A DNA stretch of 64,000 nucleotides. It comes from Pseudomonadota bacterium (GTDB lineage: Bacteria > Bdellovibrionota > Bdellovibrionia > Bdellovibrionales > Bdellovibrionaceae). Of this stretch, positions 37,063 through 44,515 are shown one piece after another (within the stretch, counting starts at the first letter, position 1; the number at the start of each line of letters is the position of its first letter). A model generated the notes under the pieces. It was not told the DNA's origin. It was given only the letters and a program-made list of their open reading frames with translations, and ran no database searches. The DNA lies in the NCBI GenBank assembly GCA_041178425.1, contig JBEGVH010000040.1:96001-160000 (forward strand), given 5' to 3'. Both the position numbers and the translations under genes were made by a program.

Positions 37063-37625
37063 TTATGAAAGAAGATATCAAGATTCCAGAAACCCTCACT
37101 CAGTTTTTATTCCATCAACCCCTTGATGAGAACGAGTCGATATCAGACAATGAACTCATCGAAGTACTTCCCTATGGATTATCAGTGGGCCCAGAAATGG
37201 GGCAGTCCATTCTTATTCTCAAGGCCGTCAAGCAGGATCTCACTTTGCCAATTCCGGTAAACCCCCTCGAAGCAGGAATTACTCTGGCTCAATCGAATAA
37301 GACGATTGCACCAGTGAGCCCTCATAAGGCGACGGCGGCTCTTTTTAAAGCTCTTGGAATGACCATTGAAAAATGCGTTTTTGTTGAAATCAAAAACTCA
37401 CATCAATATGTGAAGCTCTTTATTACGGGGCACCCAGAAGTGCGTTCACTAAAAGTAAAAGCTGAGGATGTGTTGTCTCTTTGCCTTTATTTAGAAGTTC
37501 CGTTGTATTCGACGCGAGAATTCATTGCTCGAAGTCGGGTGATGGTGGCAGAAATTGATGAGCAGCGACGTGAGTTAATGAGTAATCCTGCGATTGCTTC
37601 CAAAAAACATCTATATATGAATTAA
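37059..37625 (+). CDS. Bifunctional nuclease (DUF151)-like protein
   Basis: ILILK...LPIPV..LEA, AEDVLSLCL...VPLY; position downstream of miaB. Confidence 0.65.
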   Translation: MIMKEDIKIPETLTQFLFHQPLDENESISDNELIEVLPYGLSVGPEMGQSILILKAVKQDLTLPIPVNPLEAGITLAQSNKTIAPVSPHKATAALFKALGMTIEKCVFVEIKNSHQYVKLFITGHPEVRSLKVKAEDVLSLCLYLEVPLYSTREFIARSRVMVAEIDEQRRELMSNPAIASKKHLYMN

Positions 37626-37653
37626 ATCTCGGTTTTTTTAAGGGGGCGCACTC

Positions 37654-38160
37654 ATGGAAATTCCTTGTCGAGGATCGAAGCCAAAGCTAGAGGCCAATGT
37701 GTTTATTGCCGACGGAGCCAAGATTGTTGGAGATGTTCAAATTGGTGAACAGAGCTCGATCTGGTTCAATGCGGTTCTTCGTGGCGATGTTGCGCCCATC
37801 AAAATTGGAAAAAGAACCAACATCCAAGATAATGCCGTTGTTCATGGAACTTGGAATAAGGCGGCGGCCACAATTGGAGATGGGGTCACCATTGGACACA
37901 CCGCTATTTTGCACGGTTGCACCATTGGTGATAATTGTTTGATTGGTATGGGTGCTATCATTATGGATCATGCCAAAGTCGGCGCAAACTCGATTGTTGG
38001 AGCTGGCTCGTTGATAACTGAGGGAAGTGAGTTTCCGGAGGGATCTTTGATATTGGGTCGTCCAGCAAAAGCGGTTCGACCACTTAAAAAAGAAGAATTG
38101 GAATTTCTCCCAAAATCGGCAGCCAACTATATTACCTATACAAGTTGGTACAAAGATTAA
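37654..38160 (+). CDS. Gamma carbonic anhydrase family protein
   Basis: VLRGD, TNIQDN..VH, IGH.AILHGC; hexapeptide repeats. Confidence 0.92.
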   Translation: MEIPCRGSKPKLEANVFIADGAKIVGDVQIGEQSSIWFNAVLRGDVAPIKIGKRTNIQDNAVVHGTWNKAAATIGDGVTIGHTAILHGCTIGDNCLIGMGAIIMDHAKVGANSIVGAGSLITEGSEFPEGSLILGRPAKAVRPLKKEELEFLPKSAANYITYTSWYKD

Positions 38161-38176
38161 AACGGACTGGATTAAG

Positions 38177-38704
38177 TTAAAGAATTCCGAGTTTCTTCAT
38201 GAGTTCGTCGATATCCTCTTGCCCCAAGGCTTCTTCTGGGTTTCCTGTATCTTCACTCACTGAGCCGCGAACGTCTTTGCCAAATTTACCTGAGATCCAG
38301 CGCAGGCGATCAAGAAAAGCGTGATTGAATAATGCTTCCATATCGAGTTTGTCTTCAGCACCCATATTGTTAACCATGGTTTCTAAAACCTCTGTAGCAT
38401 CGGCTAAAAAAGCCACAGACACAGCAAGGAGATTTTCATTGTCGGTTATCTGAGAGGCTTTGTAGGCGACGGTTTTGCAGATTTCTGTATAGGCCGCAAT
38501 TTGGTGGGCAATGTGATCTTCGGGTAAATCCAAGGCAATAATTTTTACTCCCCCCATGATTCGATCAACGTATTGTCCGAATGTTTCGAGGTCCTTCGCC
38601 TTTGAAAGATCATCATCAACGTGGTCAACGATCTGAAAAAGAGATTTTATTAATTCGAGAGATTCTTTTTTAAAGGATTCAATATAGTGAGTGCTATTTG
38701 ACAT
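38177..38704 (-). CDS. Helical signalling protein, Hpt-like with CheZ-like C-terminal peptide
   Basis: FKKES.ELI, FGQYVDRIMGG, C-terminal LGQEDIDELMKKLG. Confidence 0.6.
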   Translation of the reverse strand: MSNSTHYIESFKKESLELIKSLFQIVDHVDDDLSKAKDLETFGQYVDRIMGGVKIIALDLPEDHIAHQIAAYTEICKTVAYKASQITDNENLLAVSVAFLADATEVLETMVNNMGAEDKLDMEALFNHAFLDRLRWISGKFGKDVRGSVSEDTGNPEEALGQEDIDELMKKLGIL

Positions 38705-38781
38705 GCTCTCTATAGTATTTGTTTATTGGTGGGAGCGAAACTCCGAAAGCGGTATCCAAGACCTAAGGCGTGGGTCTTTTT

Positions 38782-39603
38782 CTAAGCGCCTTTCATTTGT
38801 ATTATTTGTTGGATCAAAATAAAGCTTCCCATCAAGAGAACAAAATAACCAAAAGCCTTTTTAAGAAATTTTTCATCGGTTTTGGACGCCATTCGGGTTC
38901 CCAATTGTATGCCTATGGTGGCAATCAATGCCAACGTCAAAAGGAGTCTCCAATCGGGCGTTAGGCCCGTCGCAAGATTATTGGCAAACCCAAAGAGTGA
39001 GTTGATCGTAATGATGACGAGTGAGGTACCAACCGCCAATCTCATTGAAAGTCCCCGAAAAAATATGAGGGCAGGGATGATGAGAAAACCGCCACCAGCT
39101 CCGACGAGTCCAGTGACTCCACCGACGAAGATACCCTGACCAATAATAGGTAGCTTTTTCTTTGTGGCGGGTAGGTCTTGGCCCTGGGTCTTGGTTGGCT
39201 GGGGCGTAGCTTTTGCTCTGATCATCGAAATTGAGGCCAGCAGCATTAATACGGCGAATATCACCATTAGAAGTGCATCCTTGGTGAGTTGCATGGGGCC
39301 AAAGCTAAAGAGCACCGTGGGGATAGAGGGCACGATGTAGGTGCGCATGAGAAAAACCCCTGTTAGACTTGGGATCCCAAAAAGGGCCACCGTTTTAAAG
39401 TCAACGGTTCGGGAGCGCATGTACGAATAACTTCCAAGAAGGGTTGTTGCTCCAACAACAAAGAGAGAATAAACGGTGGCTGTAGCCGGTGGAACTTTGA
39501 ATAAGTACACCAGAATCGGTACAGTCAGGATGGAACCACCACCACCAAGAAGTCCGAGAGTGACTCCCATAAAAACACTGGCTAGGTATCCTAAAAAAAG
39601 CAT
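38782..39603 (-). CDS. TauE/SafE (TSUP) family exporter
   Basis: GLLGGGGSILTVP and GLVGAGGGFLIIP repeats; AVGTSL. Confidence 0.92.
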   Translation of the reverse strand: MLFLGYLASVFMGVTLGLLGGGGSILTVPILVYLFKVPPATATVYSLFVVGATTLLGSYSYMRSRTVDFKTVALFGIPSLTGVFLMRTYIVPSIPTVLFSFGPMQLTKDALLMVIFAVLMLLASISMIRAKATPQPTKTQGQDLPATKKKLPIIGQGIFVGGVTGLVGAGGGFLIIPALIFFRGLSMRLAVGTSLVIITINSLFGFANNLATGLTPDWRLLLTLALIATIGIQLGTRMASKTDEKFLKKAFGYFVLLMGSFILIQQIIQMKGA

Positions 39604-39673
39604 GGAGTCCTCTTTTTTAAATGGGGGCGTTGCAAAGTTTTCAGTTCCTATTAGAGCTCAATTTGAATAAAAA

Positions 39674-39695
39674 AACGATGTTCTAGAACATCGTT
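39674..39695. promoter_or_regulatory. Perfect 22-bp palindrome, candidate operator
   Basis: AACGATGTTCT|AGAACATCGTT in the divergent tauE / beta-barrel intergenic region. Confidence 0.7.
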
Positions 39696-39815
39696 AGACC
39701 TGAGGCTAAATGACTCGTAAAAAAGTGTCATCATTGGCAGCCGTTTCGCCGTCCTGTAGAGCTTAATCCACCCTAATTTGAGCTGGGCACAATCCTAAGC
39801 GTGGAGGACATCCTT

Positions 39816-40868
39816 TTGATTCGGCATTCCCTTATTTTTTTTCTGGTTTTTGTAGGGATCGAGGCAGTAGCCGTCGAAGAAGATCTCAATCTCGATAAAA
39901 TCACCGAACTATCCGCTCCGGTAGTGATCCCGAAAACTCCCGAATCTAAGTATTCGCTTATGGGGCGAATGGATCTAACATTAGAAAGTAATCCGGTCAC
40001 GGCCGCAGCCAACGGCAACCGATCGGACCTCAAGAATTGGCATGGATTGCGCCTCTTTTTAAAATTAAAAGCTTCGGCCAAGACTCATTTTTTCGGTGAA
40101 GTAGCCAATCAAGATTTTTACTACGTTGATTACAAGACAACTGATCACACCACGGTGAGTTTTGGAAAGATTATTGTTCCTTTTGGAGACACCCGGTATT
40201 TTCACCATTTCTACGGTGGGATCCAAGGAAAAGGAGCCACTGGAATTATGTTTCCAAATGTTTGGGCCGAGTCAGGGGTGAGTGTTCAGACGCAAGCAGG
40301 TCGTGACCTTGTTCTTGATACTTATGTTGTTAATGGTTTTAAGGCTTCTTCAGCAACGACCTTTCCGGATCTCAATCAAGCGGCCAGTGATAATCCCAGT
40401 GGCACCAAACGCCAGGCCCTCGGGGCTCGTCTTCAATGGCAGGGCCAGGAACGACTTACGGTCTTGGCTTCGGGCTACCTCGATGTTTATTGGGATAATC
40501 GGCGGTTAAGCTTGCTGGGTCTTGATGCTTTCTCTGATTATGGGTTTTTTAGTTGGCCCATTCGTTTTGGTTTAGGGGTTGCCGATGCGACCGCCGAAAA
40601 AATACCGCAACAGGGAACTTTGCATCGACGAGGCGATTATATTTTGCTCGCAGGAAACGACTTTGGGCCAGGAGAGTGGAGACTTCGTTACGGAACCTAC
40701 AATCATATTACCAAAACTCAGTCCGATGATGACAGTCATAGTTTTGATATGGCCTACATCTGGAACATCGACGTCATCCGCATGATGATTCAGAGGCAAT
40801 GGAATTTCGAGTCGCAAAATGAAAAAGACGACGATCTCTGGCGTTTGATGACCAGTATCGATTTTTAA
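39816..40868 (+). CDS. Outer membrane beta-barrel (porin-like)
   Basis: TTG start after GGAGG; signal peptide; amphipathic strands; FGKIIVPFG; terminal Phe. Confidence 0.7.
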   Translation: MIRHSLIFFLVFVGIEAVAVEEDLNLDKITELSAPVVIPKTPESKYSLMGRMDLTLESNPVTAAANGNRSDLKNWHGLRLFLKLKASAKTHFFGEVANQDFYYVDYKTTDHTTVSFGKIIVPFGDTRYFHHFYGGIQGKGATGIMFPNVWAESGVSVQTQAGRDLVLDTYVVNGFKASSATTFPDLNQAASDNPSGTKRQALGARLQWQGQERLTVLASGYLDVYWDNRRLSLLGLDAFSDYGFFSWPIRFGLGVADATAEKIPQQGTLHRRGDYILLAGNDFGPGEWRLRYGTYNHITKTQSDDDSHSFDMAYIWNIDVIRMMIQRQWNFESQNEKDDDLWRLMTSIDF

Positions 40869-40891
40869 AATGAGAGAGGAATAAAAGAACG

Positions 40892-41470
40892 ATGACATGG
40901 ACTCAAGTGAGTAGCCTTCGATTGCGAAACGCCCCGAGGGCTTTTAAGGCCTTAGCACTAGGCTTTGTATTTTCTATTTCATTGGCCTACCTCTATGCGC
41001 TTGGAAATATTGTGATGGTCGTTGGTCTCACACCCAAAGACATAGCCGTTCATTATTATGGAGCAACAACGAATATCACAGAATCGCCTGTTGCATCCGG
41101 TGAAGAGACCATCAATCTTGAGGATCTGGGGGAGCCGTCAGAGGCTGCACCGATAGCCCCTGGTCCTCGGCCGTCCTTTAAAAATCTGGTTGGCGAGGGT
41201 CATTTTCATTTGTTTGGAATGAGTAGTTTCTTTTTTGGTTTATGTCTTTTGGCGCTTTTCACTGGTATCAATGAGACCCTCAAGAGTTTTCTTGTTGGAG
41301 GAGCTTTTGTATTTGTTGTTCTAGATAACATTAGTTTTATGGCGACACGGTTTCTGGGGCCGAAGTTTGCGATGATGACGGCAGTATCTGGGGGCATTAT
41401 GGGGCTTTGTTTTGCGGGTCTCTGGTTATCGATTGTTTACGAACTGTTGCAAAAAAAGGAGTTAAAATGA
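40892..41470 (+). CDS. 4-TM inner membrane protein with HxHLFG motif (candidate heme b binding)
   Basis: TM1, acidic/Pro loop, GEGHFHLFGMS at the start of TM2, two more TMs. Confidence 0.65.
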   Translation: MTWTQVSSLRLRNAPRAFKALALGFVFSISLAYLYALGNIVMVVGLTPKDIAVHYYGATTNITESPVASGEETINLEDLGEPSEAAPIAPGPRPSFKNLVGEGHFHLFGMSSFFFGLCLLALFTGINETLKSFLVGGAFVFVVLDNISFMATRFLGPKFAMMTAVSGGIMGLCFAGLWLSIVYELLQKKELK

Positions 41471-41988
41471 AATGGCTTATTCTTTTGATGGTTTTTCTCA
41501 GTGGAATCGCTCAAGCTGAGGAATTGATCTCAATGAAAGATTATCTCAAAAAAGAACTTTCAGGTTATAGTAAACTGACCAAAGAATCTTTTGCGTTGAG
41601 CGTTGAACAAAAAGCCGAATTCGGAAAAGTAGCACCGAACTCTGATGAGGAGTCGTATACCTTCTTTTTTGGGAAGACCGCCGAAGGGCAGGTAGAGAAA
41701 GCCTGCACCATTGTTGCTCAAAAGGGAAAAGAAGGCCCTATATCGCTTGGGGTTTGTTTTGATCCAAAAGGACTTCTTCAATCGGTGACCGTTCTTTCGC
41801 ATGAAGAGGAACGAGGTCGTCGAATCACCGAAGAAAGTTTTTTAAAACAATTCAAGGGAAAAAAGGCAACTGACGCTTTCGTTCTTGGTGCTGATGTTGA
41901 TGGAATCAGTGGTGCCACTTACTCATCGAAAGCTATTTCGGAAGCTCTTCGTAAATCGGCCTTTGCATTCAAAACATTTGTGAAATGA
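41467..41988 (+). CDS. Periplasmic FMN-binding protein (ApbE substrate)
   Basis: ATG 41467 (ATGA overlap, SD AAGGAG); signal peptide; GKEGPI; flavinylation motif VDGISGATYSS. Confidence 0.88.
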   Translation: MKWLILLMVFLSGIAQAEELISMKDYLKKELSGYSKLTKESFALSVEQKAEFGKVAPNSDEESYTFFFGKTAEGQVEKACTIVAQKGKEGPISLGVCFDPKGLLQSVTVLSHEEERGRRITEESFLKQFKGKKATDAFVLGADVDGISGATYSSKAISEALRKSAFAFKTFVK

Positions 41989-42512
41989 GAGATTCAATGA
42001 ATAACGATCGGTTAGGATCGACTTTAGTTCTTTTTGTAGGACTCACTTTGATGGGAGGTTGTGGAACCAAGGCTCCTTTTCAAAGGGGTAAAGTGGTCAT
42101 CGAAGAGTCAGGTCAAAAAAATGAAAAGCCAAATACCGTCCCGACTGCGACCCCGACGCCTCTTCCTACGGGCGAGCCGAAAGCCTCTGAAACTCCGGTA
42201 CCAACGGTACAACCCTCACCGGAGCCCCTTCCTGCGGTGACTCTCAATAGAGCCTATTTTAACAGTGAAATATTACCGTTGTTGGCTGCAAAGAAAATTA
42301 ATGGGACGACGAAAGGATGTTCGATGTGTCACGGCAATCCTGCAAGAACCTTCGAAGACGCACAAACCCTCGTAGTGCCCGGGCAACCTGAGAAAAGTCG
42401 TCTCTACATGAAGGCTACCGGTGCTGCGGGGTCCGGACATATGCAGATCTGGGCTTCGGATTCCCCGGAGGCGATGAAACTCCTGTTTTGGATCAGCGGT
42501 AAGGCTCAGTAG
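41985..42512 (+). CDS. Monoheme c-type cytochrome lipoprotein (Planctomycete cytochrome c-like)
   Basis: Lipobox MGGC; Pro/Thr linker; F..EILPLL...CSMCH...VVPGQPEKSRL...HM. Confidence 0.8.
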   Translation: MRDSMNNDRLGSTLVLFVGLTLMGGCGTKAPFQRGKVVIEESGQKNEKPNTVPTATPTPLPTGEPKASETPVPTVQPSPEPLPAVTLNRAYFNSEILPLLAAKKINGTTKGCSMCHGNPARTFEDAQTLVVPGQPEKSRLYMKATGAAGSGHMQIWASDSPEAMKLLFWISGKAQ

Positions 42513-42517
42513 GTCGC

Positions 42518-43525
42518 TTGATATTTATGAGAAAAAAACAACAATCGTTAGTGATTGGATTTTTAGTTTTTATTTTTACGTCGGCCTGTCAGCACAAGCC
42601 GACGTTTTTTTTATGGAATCAAAAAGTAAAGAGCTGTGTCTCTGAACACCGAATTCCTAGCATGGGTACATTTTTTGAAATGCAACTGGTGCATGCGTGT
42701 GACTTTAACCCCGAAAAGGTTGTTGTATCTGCCAAAGAAGAGCTCGATGCCATCGAGTCTGAGTTGAGTCTCTACCAAACGTCGAGTCAGCTGTCCCGGC
42801 TCAATCGTGATGGATTTCTTTGTCCCGCTTCGCCCCATCTGTTAAGAATGACCGAAGTGTCTATCGACTTTTACGAGAGAACGGCCGGAAGGTTCGATGT
42901 TTCTATTTTACCAGTGTTAAAGGCAATTGAAAAAAGCTTCGAAAAAACAGGCAGGTCTCCGAAAGACCTTTCAAAGTTCCGCGCTCTCGTTAATGGTGCG
43001 GGTGTATCCCTTACTAACGGGTGTCTGCGTTTCAAAAGCCCAGGAATGGCTCTTACCTTTGATGGTGTAGCAAAAGGGTATGCCGTCGACAGAGTAGCAG
43101 AAGCATTAACGAATAATATCGATGGTTATCTTCTTAACTTCTCAGGAAATATGCGTTGGTATGGTGAAAAACCTGAGGGGCCATGGAAAATTGCTGTATG
43201 GAATCCCGTGGCTCGCTCTTTGATTTCGCTAGCACCGACAACGAGCGGGGCGATTGCATCTTCTGGTTCAGAACATGTTCACTATGATTCGAATTCTATG
43301 TGGCATCATTTGATTGATCCGAAAACTCTTCGCCCTTCGAATCGATACCAATCGGTGACCGTCGTTGGAAGCCGTGCCATGGAGTGCGATATTCTTTCGA
43401 CGACTTTTTTTGTGCTCGAGTTAACGGAGGCGAGACGATTGCAAAAAAAACAGTTTCCCCAGGTCTCTCTTTACTTGATCAATAAAAAAGGGGAGCTCCA
43501 GTGGCTCCCCTCATTGAAAAACTAG
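42518..43525 (+). CDS. apbE: FAD:protein FMN transferase ApbE
   Basis: MGT, SQLSRLN, FDVSI, GVAKGYAVD, ASSG, HHLIDP; lipobox TSAC. Confidence 0.92.
   Translation: MIFMRKKQQSLVIGFLVFIFTSACQHKPTFFLWNQKVKSCVSEHRIPSMGTFFEMQLVHACDFNPEKVVVSAKEELDAIESELSLYQTSSQLSRLNRDGFLCPASPHLLRMTEVSIDFYERTAGRFDVSILPVLKAIEKSFEKTGRSPKDLSKFRALVNGAGVSLTNGCLRFKSPGMALTFDGVAKGYAVDRVAEALTNNIDGYLLNFSGNMRWYGEKPEGPWKIAVWNPVARSLISLAPTTSGAIASSGSEHVHYDSNSMWHHLIDPKTLRPSNRYQSVTVVGSRAMECDILSTTFFVLELTEARRLQKKQFPQVSLYLINKKGELQWLPSLKN
43484..43510 (-). terminator. Intrinsic terminator of the diheme cytochrome gene, inside the apbE 3' end
   Basis: Minus strand GGGGAGC-cactgga-GCTCCCC-TTTTTT. Confidence 0.7.
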
Positions 43526-43539
43526 CGTTCTAGTCTCTT

Positions 43540-44337
43540 TTAGAGTGATCTAAAAGAGAAACTTCTATTCGCGCGAGTTAAATTGCCATGACATTGCATG
43601 CACGATTGAGTGATCAGAAGTCCTTTTTCGAAGGCTTCAGGTCGCTCTTGAGAGGCCAATTGAACGGTTTCTTCCGCACGAAGATGAACTTCTCCCACCA
43701 TGATATCAGATCCGTGCATCATTTTTTTCTCTTTTAAATCTGCGGCGATGCGAGCGATCTCCATCGCGCTCATTCGTAGAGTAGCGAAGTTTTGACGGCC
43801 CAATTGCGAAGCCGCAAAAATTCCTGAATAAGCTGACATCATGCCATTCATGCTTTTGCACAAGTAGGGGGTGCGGCCTTCTTTGTTGCAATTTTTTGAA
43901 ATCACATCCCAATCATTTTTAAAAATTTGATCCCATCCGATTCCGCTCGTAGCAGCCGTTTGACTATGGCAGGTCGCACATTTTTTCTGAATAGTATTTG
44001 CAACCGTCAATGTCATAGGATCTTGATTGTTGGCGTATTGGGACAGCGTCTGAGCTTGGCTCATCACTGCCATGATTCCCTCTTGGTGATCAGTTCCGAG
44101 GAGCTTACTTTCAGCTAGATTTTGAGTGATGGCGTTAATTTCGCCTGCGATACTTCCCATATAGGGGTAGTTCACTTGCATTAATTCACGCTGTTCACCC
44201 AAAGCCATCACTTGGCTCCTCAGGTATCTCATGTTGTAGCACAATTCTCCAGTCAAAGGATCGGAGCAGAGTGACGCATTGGCAGTATTAAAAAATAAAA
44301 TCGCAGTAAATAAGCTGAACATAAAAGACTTTTTCAT
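43540..44337 (-). CDS. Secreted diheme c-type cytochrome (two helical-bundle repeats)
   Basis: Signal peptide; CATCH and CMQCH, each at the end of a ~125 aa helical repeat; SD GGAGG. Confidence 0.82.
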   Translation of the reverse strand: MKKSFMFSLFTAILFFNTANASLCSDPLTGELCYNMRYLRSQVMALGEQRELMQVNYPYMGSIAGEINAITQNLAESKLLGTDHQEGIMAVMSQAQTLSQYANNQDPMTLTVANTIQKKCATCHSQTAATSGIGWDQIFKNDWDVISKNCNKEGRTPYLCKSMNGMMSAYSGIFAASQLGRQNFATLRMSAMEIARIAADLKEKKMMHGSDIMVGEVHLRAEETVQLASQERPEAFEKGLLITQSCMQCHGNLTRANRSFSFRSL

Positions 44338-44461
44338 AGTCCCCTCCCTTTGGTTTCATAGAAACAAAAAACACCCCCAAACTCAAAGAGATTGAAAGTA
44401 AAAGCTGAAACCAGCGGTTGCGCGTTGTTCGAATGGTTAATTCTGTCCCATTTGGTGCGAA

Positions 44462-44488
44462 GGAGCTTTCAGATAACCTGAAAGCTCC
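44462..44488 (-). terminator. Hairpin downstream of the TPR gene (terminator-like)
   Basis: Perfect 11-bp stem GGAGCTTTCAG/CTGAAAGCTCC; weak U-tract. Confidence 0.55.
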
Positions 44489-44515
44489 AAGCCAGTGAGG
44501 AGGTTCTAGGAGGCT

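Noticed and set aside
38729..38781. Possible c-di-GMP-I riboswitch (GAAA loops)
   Set aside because: Lacks the conserved GYAAA and GCAAAG elements, and no same-strand gene lies downstream.
39816..43525. Rnf, Nqr or Nos operon, or an MtrAB-type conduit
   Set aside because: No Fe-S or NADH-binding subunits, no nosZ and no decaheme cytochrome.
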